DNA from: the human T2T-CHM13v2.0 reference genome, Homo sapiens
Direction: 5' to 3' (one strand)
Assembly: GCF_009914755.1 (NCBI RefSeq)
Contig: NC_060937.1
Length of the DNA stretch: 64,000 nt
The notes below the pieces were generated by a model. The model saw nothing but the letters and a program-made list of their open reading frames with translations. It had not been told where the DNA came from and searched no databases. Numbering within the stretch: the first letter of the stretch is position 1; each line of letters begins with the position of its first letter. Shown piece after piece: positions 14,881 through 28,331 of the stretch. The translations under genes and the position numbers were made by a program.

Positions 14881-15664
14881 TTGTTTGTGGTGAGAAGATT
14901 CAAAGTCTTCTCTTCTGGCTGTTTTCAAGTGTGTGGTGCGTCATTGTTAAGCGTCACCCTAACATCCCACAGATCCTCAGGACTCACCGCCCCCACACAA
15001 CTGCGACTTCGTCCCCATCCAGCAGCCTCTGTCACACCTTCCTCCACCTCTCCGCTCTGTGTCGCCTGGAACCTCAGATCCCAAGGGCAGCTCTTGCTTT
15101 CCAGGGGCCTCGTGGTGTGAGGAGCGGTAGAAAGTGGCTGTAGAGGAGGCCCTGGATGCTCAGAATGTTGGAGCTGGAAGAGACCTGCGTCTTCCAGAAT
15201 CGAAAAGAAGGAGAACCAGGGGAAAAGAGATCCTGACCTCAAGTGGTTCCATCCAAGACAGGGCTGGGCGGAGGGCCTGGGCTGTAGGGGACAGTGGTGG
15301 GCGGGCATCCGTCGACCCCTCCAGTGTCTGGGCTCTGGAGGAGCTTCAAAGCAAACTGGCCTCATCCTCGGCCGAGTCATCCCCCGCTTCCTCCACCACA
15401 GTTCCCTCCCTCCACCGCGCCCCCCTCCCTCCACGACACCCCCTCCCTCCACGATTTGTGTGTTGTTTTTCTGTTGTTGACTCCCTGGGGCACTGTCCAC
15501 ACCCACTGATGGAAAGCCTCCCAGTAAGGGCAGTTGGAGGTGACTTCCACTGGGCCAGAAAGACAAATCCCAGGGCCTTCTTCTGTGCTTACAATAACAG
15601 CCAGCATTTACCCACACCTGACTATATGTGAGTCATTCTGTTCAGCTCATTCGGTATCTTGGCA

Positions 15665-15785
15665 AGTTTGTGAGGCGGGCACGACCGCTGTCCCCATTTT
15701 ATAGATGAGGAAACTGAGACACAGAGAGGTGAAGTGGCCAGTAGTTGACTTGGATTTGAACTCAAGCATATTAGCCCCAGGATCC
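15665..15785 (-). mobile_element. MIR fragment
   Basis: ccccattttatagatgaggaaactgagacacagagaggtgaagt core. Confidence 0.8.
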
Positions 15786-17359
15786 ACTCATCACAAAGCT
15801 TTTTGATCCATTATCACCATTTAAAGTAACAGAAGGAAAGGTTCTGAGGCTGACCAGGAGCAGATGAGCATGGCGGCGAATGTGCTTGGTGCTTAGAGTC
15901 TCGGAGGCGGCCTTTCTGGGGGAGGTAGGGGAAGCAGCAGCGGGTGGCCTGACCCTCACAACTAGAGTGGTCCGGTGCTATGGCTCTGCAAGGCTCATGG
16001 CAGCCTCTGTGTCCCTGTATCCTTCTTCCATTTATGGATTTATTTTTCCAATGCTCCAGGAATTGACCTGGGAGTGGATCTGGTCAGCAAAGTAATGACC
16101 AACGAAAAGAGCCAGCTATTTGCTGCAAATGGGGATTCTATGGGGTAGAGGGAAAGGGTGCAGAAGCCAGACAGGAGTGGATGGGGACCAGCTTGATTTC
16201 CCTGCGTGCTGTACCGTGTGGACCCAGCCTGGGATGGGCGAGCAGGATGGGGTGGGGAGACTATAGCCAGGGAGACAAAGAGGCCCCATTCACTTTTGCC
16301 AGGGCTTTGCCTATTCTAAGAAGTGGTCTTCCTGAATACAAAAGCTAGAAAGAAAGAAAGGAAAAGAAAAGAATTGGACCAGAGCAAAACCACACCCTTC
16401 TAATTCTCAGAATTGCTGAAACATCTCAGAAGGTCTCACCAGGCACAGTTCTAATTAATAAGGCATTACACATCATTTCTAGTAGCACTAATCTTGCCCC
16501 ACGCTATGAAAACCCTGGTTATATAAAGCTCTCAGAGTAAGAAGAGGAGGAGAGGTGAAAAGCTCCATTTTCGTACCCTGGCCTCATCACCCATAGAACG
16601 CAGATGCTCCCCGCAGCCGCACTCGGCATCACGGAGGCACAGCATGGCTTCTCCAGGGGCTGGCGCCCTCCTGCCTTGCTCTGGGAATGTTTGCTTTGAA
16701 AGCTGCAGAATCTGATGAAGTGGGGCTTTCTAGATGGTCCAGCCCTCCTTCCCTCTGTCCCCGACACTCTCTGAAGCACACCCACTCCATCATGTCTCTA
16801 TCCCTTACCCGGAGGAATGAAGGGAGTGAATTAAGTGGATGCAGTGTCTGTCTTTTGTGAGCTACCAAGTCGTGGATCCCGGGTTCTCCTCCATGGGTGA
16901 GAACCACAGGAAGATAGAGGTTGGAGGCTCACAGAGACCTTGGGAAGTCCTTAGGCGCCGCCTCTTGTTGCCTGGAGCAGAGGGAACCCACAGAACCTCC
17001 AGGCTGTGCTGCACCGGGCGCTGTCCACTCCTCCTACCAGCTCCTGGGCGCTGTTGCTATTCCTTCCAGCCCATCAAGTCTTGTTCATCGAGAGTGCTCC
17101 ACAAAGACATCACTGGCTGGGAGGACAAAGGCCTTGGCCATGACCGCTGCCTGTGTGGCTTCACTTCTTTAAGCTGATTCTTCTGTGGAAAGGCTTCATC
17201 CCATCCACCCAGCTTTTCTCTGCAAATCAAGGGAGCTTCCACCAGGCTGGGGTGGGCGAAAACACTCCATAAACCAGAAGGTTCCAAATGAGGCCAAGGC
17301 AAGCTCCCTGTCTTTTGCCAGAGGCGTGTACTGAAGTTTCCTGGGAGAGCTCCTGCGTC

Positions 17360-17537
17360 TCCCCAGATCTCACGAGAATTCACTCACGATTTCATGGACA
17401 GAACCAGGGGGATGGCACTAAACCGTTCATGAGAAATCCAGCCCATAATCCAATCACCTCCCACCAGGCCACGCCTCCAACACTGGGGATTATATTTCAA
17501 CCCAGGCTTTAGAGGGGACAACATCCAAGCTGTATCA
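17360..17537 (-). mobile_element. MaLR LTR fragment (MST-like)
   Basis: ccagatctcacgagaattcactcac...ataatccaatcacctcccaccaggcc...atccaagctgtatca. Confidence 0.8.
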
Positions 17538-17849
17538 TCAGTGGCCCTGGTGGCTTTCGTGGGTGAAATGTCAGCGTGGAAGCGTCTGTGATCACATGTC
17601 TGCTCCGGCGACCCCTCCTCAGTCAGCTCCCCCAACCCCCACGACCAGTGTGTCCTTGCCCCTCTCTGCTTTCCTTCCCCGTGGAGTACCCATCCCCACA
17701 GGCGAACATGCCTGTGACTTCTCTACAGGGAAGGATGCATTTCCTGGGCAGAACATAAGCTCCAAGAGGGCAGGGAGTTCTGCTGGTGTCCCTGGAAGTG
17801 ACAGGACCACTGGTATCTGCAGGTGCCTGATAAAGATTGTTAAAGAAAA

Positions 17850-18145
17850 AGATGGAGGCAGGAATGAGAGGCAGAAGAGAGAAGGAAGAAGAGGAGGGAG
17901 GGAGGAGGGAGGAGGGAGGGACAAAGAGGCAGGAGGAGAGGAGGGAGAAGAGAAGAGAGGAGGGAGGAAGGAGGGGAGGAGGGTGGAGAGGAGGGAAGAG
18001 GAGAAAAGGGAGGGAGGAAGAAAGGAGGGAAGGAAGAGGGAGGGAGGGAGGAGAGGGGGGAAGGAGGAAGAGAAGAGAGGGAGGGAGGAGAGGAGAGAGG
18101 AGGGAGGAGGGAAGAGGAGGGAGAAAGGGGAGGAGGGAGGGAGCA
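17850..18145. repeat. Polypurine (GA-rich) low-complexity tract
   Basis: About 295 bp almost entirely G/A on the + strand. Confidence 0.95.
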
Positions 18146-19346
18146 GAGGCCAGCATCTCAGGGGCCAGGCCGGTGGCACCACACACAGGGGGCTCGTGGG
18201 AGCAGCTACGCATCAGCGCCCTGCGTGTCAGCCCATTTCAGGGTTCAAGTTCATCGACTCCATCAGGGGACTCCAGTGTGCAATTACAGTCAGAAGTGCT
18301 TTTCACTAAGGTACATAATGATTCATGCTGAGAATGTAATTAAAATGTTGTGGTAGTTTAAAAATAATACACTATTAGGATAATACACCAAAATGGCTAA
18401 TTCAGAATGAGTGCTTCCCGCTTTGATTGCACTACGGTGAGTTCTGTGCATCAAATACTTTGGTCTAGAACATGATATATATAAATACACCACTCGGCTA
18501 TGCACTGGACTCTGGGGGGGTGACATTTGAGAATTTCTTTGCGCCGCAGAAGTGTCTGAGAGCAGTATCTCGTGCTGACTCTGGTTTTTGAAGTTCCGGC
18601 CTTGGATGCTGCAAAGATCCTCTAAATATCATCTCTGGATGGTCCCTGCAAAGATCGGGGCTGGACACCTGCCTGGCAACCTTTGCCTCTGTCCTTCTGC
18701 AAATTGCATGGGTCAGAATTCTGAGTTCTGAAAGTGCACAGAGCCCGCCTGCACGGGTGAGGAGGGGTCTCCAAGCCCCTCTGGAGCAGCCCCAGAAAGC
18801 AGAAGGGGAGTTAGTGCCCAGACCCCTGCCTCCCTCCGGCCCAAGCAGGACAGGTGGGATCTGTCCTAGGACATAAAGACCTGACATTTGCTTCTCTTAC
18901 TCCCTAGGAGGTCTTGAAACAATGATTCTCTGACTAGCACTGGCTGTAGTGACCAACACACACTGAGACCTTACTCCAATCCAGGCTGTGAACTGGCTGT
19001 GTGCGCACTGTCCTGTGGCCGGGTTCAGACACAATTACTGTGCCCTCCTGGGAGTTTCTGAGTGGGGAGGTCTGGAGAGGCCAGGGGTAGGGTCTACAGC
19101 TCCAGTGACCGCCCGACAGAGGCCCAGGCTGCTGTTCGGGAGCCCCCGGAGAACCTGCTGCCCACACAGCACCTGTGAGACTCCCTCTAAACTGAGGAAG
19201 CACCCAGGCCTTGTAGGGCCCTGTGGAAGTTAGTATTGTTGTTCCTTTGTGCCAATAAAAAAATAAAATTAAAAGAACAAAGAGTAGGTTGGGAACGTGC
19301 TTAGGATCCCACACTGCACGTGACTCCCGGGCCCGAGCCGTCACCT

Positions 19347-19555
19347 GGCACCCTGCACATGGGCCGAGCATTTCACGTGAGCCGAGGTGGCACCCTGCGC
19401 ATGGGCCGAGCATTTCACGTGAGCCGAGGTGGCACCCTGCGCATGGGCCGAGCATTTCACGTGAGCCGAGGTGGCACCCTGCGCATGGGCTGAGCATTTC
19501 ACGTGAGCCGAGGTGGCACCCTGCGCATGGGCCGAGCATTTCATGTGAGCCGAGG
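19347..19555. repeat. VNTR, 42-bp unit, 5 copies, each with an E-box
   Basis: Unit ggcaccctgcgcatgggccgagcatttcacgtgagccgaggt. Confidence 0.95.
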
Positions 19556-19584
19556 CTGCGTCCTGGGCCAGAGCTGCACGGCTG

Positions 19585-20007
19585 CCGCGGGGGCTTCCTA
19601 GGGTGGCCGCCCCAAGGCTCCACAGGCCAGGAGGCCGAGGCAGCAGACACGGACTCCCTGCAGTTCTAGAGGCCGGAAGTCCAAACTCCAGGGGTAGACA
19701 GGCCTGGTTCCTTCTGAGGTCCTGCCAGGAACCTGCTCCAACCTCTGGAGGTGCTGACATTCCCAGTGGTCCTCGACTTGTAGAAGGGTCACCCCCTCTC
19801 CGCCTCTGTCATCCCGTGAGTGGCCTGTCCCTGGGTGCCCATCTCTGTGTCTCCACCTCCTCCTCCCATGACACCAGTCCTGTGGGGCTGGGGCTCTCCT
19901 GCTGCAGGATGACCTTGTCTTCACTTTACTAATGATATCGGCAGCCACCACATCACCAAATATGGGCGTATTTTCAGGTGGCGGAGATTACAGTTCACCC
20001 CAACACA
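19585..20007 (-). mobile_element. MaLR LTR (MLT1C-like), GC-shifted
   Basis: cagttctagaggccggaagtccaaa, ggttccttctgagg, gacaccagtc motifs of antisense MLT1. Confidence 0.7.
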
Positions 20008-20250
20008 CCACTGGCCCCTAATCCCTCCTTGCCTCCCCCATCTGCACCCCCATTGGCCGCCTAAGCCTTCCTCTCCTCCCCCACCTGCACCCCCACTGGC
20101 CCCCTAAGCCTTCCTCTCCTCCCCGACCTGCACCCCCACTGGCCCCCTAAGCCTTCCTCTCCTCCCCAACCTGCACTTCCACAGGCCCCTAAACCTTCCT
20201 CTCCTCCCCCACCCGCACCTCCACTGGCCCCTAAGCCTTCCTCGCCTTCC
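20008..20250. repeat. C-rich VNTR, about 42-bp unit, 5-6 copies
   Basis: cccactggccccctaagccttcctctcctcccc..acctgcac repeated. Confidence 0.9.
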
Positions 20251-21809
20251 CTGCCCATGCCCCACCCACAGCATTGCACAGAGAGGAGGGGTTGCTTCGA
20301 GGTCCACACCAGCTGGTCTGGGCCTGCCCTTCCTCCCTGCCCTCCCTTCCCCGCCATGAGATTCGGAGCCTGGGATCCAGGAAGGGGGCTTGGTGGCCAT
20401 GCCCTGGCCTTCCCGTGTTTAAGCCCCTGCTGAACTATCTCCTGGGATCCGGGAGGAAGTCAAGGATAAATCCATGACCCTGAAAATCCTCCTGGCGCCC
20501 ATCCTTTCCTTGGTCAGGGCGAGTGGGCAGCCCAGGATGAGGCCCAGAATCAGGCCGAGGGTGGCAGCCGGCTGCGGTCTGGTGTGAGTCCTGGTCTTGT
20601 CCGGGCTCCGGGGGATTCATCGTCCTCAGAAGCCAGCTCTCTGGGGTTGTAGGACTGAGGTTGCCGCTTCTCCTCGCTGACTGCCAGCCAGGGTCGCCCT
20701 CAGCAGCTGGAGGCCGGGCACGTGGCTGCCACAGCAGGGCAGCCTCCCCACCACCCAGGAGTCTCTCCTCATGTTACACGGTGGCCGCCCAGCTCGGTGC
20801 TCACTCAGACCTGATCTCAAGAGTCACATCTTCCTGCAGTTCTCACAGTTCTGCACAGTGGGGGGCTCCTCGTGGGCCCCCTGGAGTCCTGCCTCCTGGG
20901 GCTTGAGCTGTGCTGGGAAGGAAGGCATGAGAGTGTCCTGGGAGGGGCTGGGGGAGGGGCCGGGAAAGCAGAGGAAGGATGGTGCCTCTTCTGTTTCTTC
21001 GTGTAGTAAGAAGCCTCCAGCCGCACTCTAAGCAAGCTGCTTTCCTCTTAAACCTCGGTCTCCTTGTCTGTGAAACAGGGCCTGACTCCCTCGGGGTTGC
21101 TGGGAGCATGAGATCACGTCCCATGAATCACGGGGCTCGCAGTGGGACTCACTGAACAGTCACAGCTGTCGTTTCCATGAACACCACTCGGTGCTGCCCT
21201 GGACCTCAGCATGAACAAGGGAGCAGAGGCCCCCATGTGAGCGTGAACTTGGTGCCCAGTGTGGCCCACGTGTGGCCAAGGCCACAGGGAGCACAGGAGC
21301 TGGAGGTCACCTTCCCGATTTCCCTCTGGAAGTCCTGACTGGATACCAGCGTTGCTGACCTCTTGGCTGTGTGTTGACTGCATTACTGTGGGCGTCTTGA
21401 GCAGGCGCCTTCCTTGTGCCTGGGGCTCTGCACACCAGGTGGCCCCTCGGCACCTGCTCTCAGATTGAGCTCCCGGCATAAGCTCTCCAGCCCCACTGGT
21501 CACCTGCTCCCATGCAGCCCTTCACAGCAGAGATGTGGCCGGTGTCCAACCTCAGTCTCTGATGACCACGTCACCACCAGCATTTTCCATCACCCCGGGG
21601 CACTACGCTTCACCATGCCCATTGGTGACTGGCGGGTCCATGTCCACAGCCCCCTTTCTTCTCCCCCCACCCTTTTAATTTTGATTTAATTTCCACACCT
21701 CCCCACCCGCCACCTCCACCTCACGCCCGTGTGTGATTGGATCATGGGCCCGTTCCACTGAGGTTTCTGTTTTCCTTGATAGGCGCCCAAAACACTATCT
21801 TCTTTCTTG

Positions 21810-22710
21810 TTCTTTCTTTTTCTCTTCAAGTTAAAATGTACACATATTGAAATAAATCTTAGCTTTAAAGGTTTTACAGAGACACTCCTGCAATTTGCGT
21901 CCCATTGTGACACAGAACAGTTCCATTGCCCAGGAAACGCTTTTTATTTCCACCCACGGGTCCCGGCCGCCCCCAGAAAGGCTCTGTTGTGATTTTGTTC
22001 CCTCAGAAGAGTTCGGCCCCCCTAGACTGTCATGGGAATGGGACCTGCCCTGCGTGCGCCCGCGGCTGGGTCCTGACGCTCCGTGTGCCGCTCTGAGTGT
22101 GAATTCACTCCGGTGGTTAGCGGAGCAGTGGCTTGAGCTGTTTTACTGCTGAGTGCCGTCCTGTTGCTCCCACACACCACCTTCTGTTTGCCATCCTCCT
22201 GTTTTGTTTTGTTTTGCTTTGTTTTGTTTTTTTGAGACAGAGTCTCGCTCTGTCGCCCAGGCTGGAGTGCAGTGGCTCAGCTCACTGTAACCTCCGCCTC
22301 CCAGGTTCAAGTGATTCTCCTGCCTCAGCCTCCCGTTAATGGACAATTTGGTTGTTTGGGGACTAGAGTTATTGTTCAGAAAGCAGCTATGCCTCTTCAT
22401 GCACAAGCATTTTATAGACCTACATATAGACCAGTATTTTCCTTCCCTCAGATGACACCCAAGAACAGAATTGTTGTCCAAGGCCAGGCACGTGTTGACT
22501 TTGTGCAAAACCACCCAAGGGGTTGCCCACTGGTGCTCCAACTGGAGGGTTTTGGCCCCTCCACATCTCTGCGGATACTTGGTGCTTTCAGTCTTTTTAA
22601 TTTTAGACATTCTAGAGGGTGTGTGGCAATATCTCGTTCTGGCTTTACTTTTCATTTTCTTGATGACATATGACAATAGCAGTTTCTGAAGACCTTCAAA
22701 ATCATCTGAC
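21810..22710 (-). mobile_element. Old L1 3' end (L1ME-like), interrupted by a truncated Alu
   Basis: aatggacaatttggttgtttgg...ggtgctttcagtctttttaattttagacattctag. Confidence 0.6.
22200..22335 (-). mobile_element. 5'-truncated Alu (right arm only)
   Basis: (GTTTT)n tail, gagacagagtctcgctctgtcgcccaggctgg...cctcagcctccc; probable TSD cctccYgtt. Confidence 0.9.
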
Positions 22711-23317
22711 AAAAGCTATGACTTAAAATCTCCAAGAGGTTTGGAGCGTGTGTGGCTGAAGAATCGAGCCCCTGGGCTGCACCCCCTCTCAGTGCCCACT
22801 CTGGGCACCCAGGTGTGGACAGGATTCTCCCCTGCTGCGGGCACTGACAGCTCAGCCAGCTCCCCTGTGCCAATATTGACCAGAGAACTCCATGTGGCGG
22901 GCGCTGGGTCAGCCCCACACTCCCAACCCACCAACATTGGGCCCATAATCCAATGCTGGTGGGTCAGCACCATTATCTTAGCCTCTTTATTTCAGTGCTT
23001 CTCGTTCTCATACTGCTGAATTCTCTCAGAGAAAAGAAAGAAAAAGTCCTTGCCAGGTGGATGGAGCCTCCCCGGAACAAGAACCCTCACCGGCACCCTC
23101 GTTGGCAGGCACTAATGAGCTCCCCGGGTTTCAGGCTCAGCAGAGCAGAGGCAACTAAAGAATGGGTCCCACTGGGTCATGGCTACCCTTCTGCCAGCAA
23201 GCACACCAGAAGAAGAAACCATGAGGCCGGTGCCAGGGCCAAGCCCACCTTGCGGTTCCCTGGCACCCTCTTCCGCAACCCCTGGCACCCAGCCAGCCTG
23301 GTTATGGGGTGGGGTGA

Positions 23318-23851
<534 letters not shown>

Positions 23852-25439
23852 TGAGGTAGGTTGAGACGACTGATGTTCTAGGAGGCATGAGTAGAAATCA
23901 CGGGGTCCATGGGCTGTGACCTCTGATCATCTGCCTTGCTGCAGGCCTGTCATGGTGGTGGCGCTGACTGTGTGTGAGAGAATATGCTCAGGATGCTTCC
24001 ATCCCAGACAGAGAGAAACAGAACCAGGAGAATGTCCAAGCTGGGGCCACAGCAGTCAGCGCACACGCCCTGGGGGCTGAAGGGCAGGACATGTGGGGTG
24101 GGTCCAGGGAGGGTATGGTGCAGGGGCTCGGAATTACAGAGGGGCTGCCCTGCTCTGCCAGATAGCTGGGGGAAGGGAGGCAGATTCTTGGTAAAAAGTG
24201 ATGTTTATAATAGCTTCACAGCCCAGGCACTTCTGTCCAAAGGATGGAAAACAGTTTGCAAAAAATAGCCTTCTGGCCAGCGGTCACCTCTGAGCTGTCA
24301 GCAAGATTCAGTTCCCCACTGTCCCCCGCCCCCACCCTGCCCACACCTGCTGTGCTTTCTCCAGACTGGCCCAGCAGGCTCCGTTCCTCTGTGTTTCTTC
24401 TCCATGTGTGTCTGGTCTTATCCCCTTGGCCTCTCTGGAAAATGCCACCAGCCCAGCCTGACACTCAGATGTCTCTAGGCGCATGGTGGAGGGACTGGGG
24501 AATCGTTGCCAGGCTCGTTATTTCTGAAAAGAGCTTTCACTCCTGGGGCGGCCGGGCTGACCACAGAAGCCTGCGCGTGGCACGGCGGAGCAGACCAAGA
24601 CAGAGGACCGTGGCCACTCCGCTGTCCCGGCCAGTGCTCTGCGGATACAGGGGGCATTCGTGTGTTTTATTTCTGTCTGCTTTGTCTTGGATGGAGAATT
24701 TCTGGGTTCAGTTTTGGTTTGTTTTGAAGATGAATGTAGAAAGAAGGAAAAATCAGAGGTCAGAAAAGATGGAGGCAACTCCGCCTGCCCACCAGGCAAA
24801 CTGCTGTGAAACTTATAAATATTGCACCTCGTTCTCTGTGAAGCGCGCTCTTCTGGGAGGGGCCGTGAGTTCACGGGCACTTTCTGTGCAGTAGGGGACC
24901 GGCTGGTGCCTTTGGAGAAATCCGTTGTTAAAAGGGAGCTCTCAGGAACTGTGCAGAAATGGGCTTTTTCTACCCCTTCGAGCTGATGTAACACTAAAGA
25001 GAGTGGGGGATAATGGAAGAGGCTTGATCTCTCATCATTTACCTTGAAGGAAATAGAGATTTCTGTGCAGGAGCCAAATTTTTTCAACGAGCAAGTTGAC
25101 CTCTTTCCTCCATGGAAGGGAAAGACCATTTGACCCCAGGACACAGCCTGGAGCAGCTGTGCTGTTTCATGGGTAGAGGGGGTGGCAGGGGTGCTGGGGG
25201 CACCTGCAGGGTCAGGGTGGTGTTCAGAAATGCCATGATGTGCCCACTGCTGAGGGCAGGTGGAACCAGAGACACACACCAAGTTGCCCTCACCTCTGAG
25301 CCTGCCCTGACCACCCGCGCCCCCCAGCCCGTCTGTCCTGTTCTCTCACAAAAGAAAAGACTTTGCCCAGTGCAAAGGGTGGGAGCCCAGCCACCTGCTC
25401 TTCATTAAGACTAGTAATGACCATCGCCATTGTCCTCAC

Positions 25440-25615
25440 CATCATCATCTGCCGAGCGATGCCTGGGCTAAGCACAGCTGATCCTCACCCCAGCTAGGAA
25501 GCAGGTAGTGTCAGCCTTATTTTACTACAGAGAATTGAAACTCAGAACCTTGAAGTAACTCTCCTGGGACCACACAGATTTCTAGAGCCAACTGCAGACT
25601 CGGGTCAGCCTGCAT
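25440..25615 (-). mobile_element. MIR fragment
   Basis: ccttatttttactacagagaattgaaactcagaaccttgaagtaact..ccacacag. Confidence 0.55.
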
Positions 25616-26139
25616 CAGGAAATGTTGCGTGCAGTCTTCCTCCAGGGAAGCCCACCTGCCCTCCATACCCCTCCGTCTCCCGCCTCTCCGTCCCTCCTAC
25701 CCCCAATTCTCCACTTTTTGTGGGTCTTCCTAGGCTCTTTGTTGATGACAACCCCACGGAAAAGCATCCTTTAATATTTATTAATTGATGCCACCCTTAA
25801 TTCAAAAAGCAGGTGAATCAGAAGGCTCGCGTTTCTCTTAGAAAAACTCATGTTTGGAATAGAATTCTTTGTTATTTCCCTGTGGACCATGGAGCCCAGC
25901 TAGGATGCAGGTTGGCTGAGCTTCTGCAAACACACAGGGCCTTCTGATCTGAGGGTGTGTGTCAACGAGATAATTCCACCCACTAATTGTTCATCTTTAA
26001 AGGCTGGCCTACAGCTGGGAAAACATTGGCACACACAGGCCCATGGCCACAAGGCGGCTGCAGCCTTTATTCCAGCTCACCTGCTGGGGTGCCGCTGAGA
26101 GCCACACTCACTGTCACCTGCCACATGCTAGCTTTCCCA

Positions 26140-26250
26140 GTCATTCACTCAGAAATTCTTCCACCTGCCTGAGGAGGGGGTACTATTACGCTTCCCATTT
26201 TATAGATTAAGAAGTGCAGTAACCTGCCTGGGTTCCCACTGCTGGCGAGC
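26140..26250 (-). mobile_element. MIR fragment
   Basis: tactattacgcttcccattttatagattaagaa...agtaacctgcc. Confidence 0.55.
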
Positions 26251-26834
26251 ATGTGCTCCCAGGCACCCAGCTGCAAGGCCTGGTGCTGCCGAGGGGGAGC
26301 ATGGCAGGAAATGAGACCCATCTTATCCCAGAAATACTGGTGAAAAGGTGAAAACTGAATCAACCAACCAATCGGCAACTGTGCCACATACACAGAGAAG
26401 CCCCTGGTGTGGGGAACTTTTTCCACTGGCTTACATGAGATGGCTGCTGGTTTGGTGCCCTGCACACATAAGCAAGGTCATTACTGACTCCTCAGGAAAT
26501 TCCCTACACATGAGCCAAGGTCCCCTTTTCCCTCCTGTGGAAGATCAATGGCACCCTTCAATCTGCTTGAATCTTGGTAGAAAAGTACCAGAAGCATTAA
26601 TCATCTTTGTCTACAATAATTTACTTATTCATACTGGTCAGAAAATCCTCCTGCCGCCTCATCTCCTCCTGCTGTGAGATCAGAGAGCAGCTGAGGTCCT
26701 GGCTGCCCACCTGCCCTTTCCTCCAGGCTGCACCCTTGGGCATGAGCAGAGGTGCCAGGCTTTAATTTTGATGCCATCTTTGTAAACAGTGCCTTTTAGG
26801 GTATATTTTTCAGCCTGTCTTACTTAGCGCTCAC

Positions 26835-27024
26835 CACCTTGACTCCCGAGTAGCTGAGAACATAGGTGTGTGCCACCACGCCTGCCGAAATTTTTAATTT
26901 TTTTGTAGAGATGGGAGTCTTGCTACATTGCCCAGGCTGGTTACAAACTCCTGGCTTCAACCATGCCTCCCGCCTCTGCCTCCCAAAGTACTGGGATTAC
27001 AGGTGTGAGCTACCGTGCCCGGCC
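26835..27024 (-). mobile_element. Partial AluJ
   Basis: tttttgtagagatggg...cctcccaaagtactgggattacaggtgtgagctaccgtgcccggcc. Confidence 0.9.
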
Positions 27025-27187
27025 TCTTTCTGTTCTTTTTGCCTTTTGGGCTTTCATTTACCCAGTATCACTTTACTCTTTCCTTTATTTTCAGGCTTTT
27101 TATTCTATTATTTTAAGTATGTTTCTTGTCCACAGAACAGAGCCTAGGGATTGCCTGTCCATCTAGACAGTTTCTTCTTTGAACAAA

Positions 27188-28031
27188 ACAAGTCGGCCTG
27201 CTGGATTTCGTGACATGGCTAATGACTTTATTGCTGTCATTTTCAAGTTGATTACTGAGTTTTCTTTTCTCTCTATTTTCTGGGTCGTCTAGGCACTGCT
27301 GTTTCCTTCTGCTGTTCCTGCTGGATTTCAGTTTCTTTGCAGGGTTGGTAATGGTGCCTGCCCTTCGTAATCGTCAGTGTCCATCGCAAGGTTCTGTACC
27401 GTTTTATGGAAACTTCGGACCGGGGACTTCCCCGACCCTGGCCAGCCTCAGTCCCATGAGAAGTGGGCTTTACATCACACCTGTTCTCTCCTTCCCACCC
27501 ATTCCCAGCCTCTTCCAGTGACTTGTGTGACTTTGACTCACCCCTGCCCCAGCCCTGTCATGCTAACTCTTAGATTTTGCAGAATAAATACTTTCATTTC
27601 GGGGCCATTATTTTAGACTTTGCTTGCGATTCAATTCAGAAATATTTCTATTTCTGGATTATTTATGTCGCACCTGTATTCTCCCTCCCATATAAGCCAT
27701 CACTGCCGCGTGTGCTCACCTGGGCGTGCAGGGTTTGCGGATTTCATGGCTCGCTGCTGCCTCCTCAAACACTTTCCCAAGAAAGCGTCCCACAATGCTT
27801 TCCCTCCCATCCACCACTGTGGCACCCCGAGGGTGGGGCTCATGGGCTGTGCGCGTCCTTGCCCAGTCCCCAGGTGCCATGTTGCTGGCTCTCTGTGCCA
27901 CAGAGACAAGTCAGCCTGCTGGATTTCATGACATGGCTAATGACTTTCTTGCTGTCATTTTCAAGTTGATTATTGAGTTTTCTTTTCTCTGTATGTTTTG
28001 GGTTGTCTAGGCACTGCTGTTTCCATCTGCT
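27188..28031. repeat. Dispersed direct repeat, 126 bp x2 (27188-27313 and 27906-28031)
   Basis: acaagtcRgcctgctggatttcRtgacatggctaatgac...ctaggcactgctgtttcc; about 9 mismatches. Confidence 0.95.
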
Positions 28032-28099
28032 CTTTTTTTTTTTTTTTTTTTGCCGTTTATTTGTTCTTTACTGCTGCAGCTTTTAGAATTGTTCTCTTC

Positions 28100-28331
28100 T
28101 GGCTAACATGGTAAAACCCCGTCTCTACTAAAAATACAAAAATAAATTAGCCGGGTGTGGTGTCGCGCGCCTGTAGTCCGAGCTACTAAGGAGGCTGAGG
28201 CAGGAGAATGGTGTGAACCCACAAGGCGGGGCTTGCAGTGAGCCGAGATCACGCCACTGCACTCCAGCCTGGGCGACAGAGCGAGACTCCATCTCAAAAA
28301 GAAATAAAAATAAAAATAAAAAATAAAAAAA
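28100..28331 (+). mobile_element. 5'-truncated AluY-like element
   Basis: tggctaacatggt..ggagaatggtgtgaaccc; TSD agaattgttMtcttc at 28085 and 28332. Confidence 0.9.

Noticed and set aside
17563-18331. Glu/Arg/Gly-rich and Pro/Ser/Leu-rich ORFs
   Set aside because: They are translations of a polypurine low-complexity tract.
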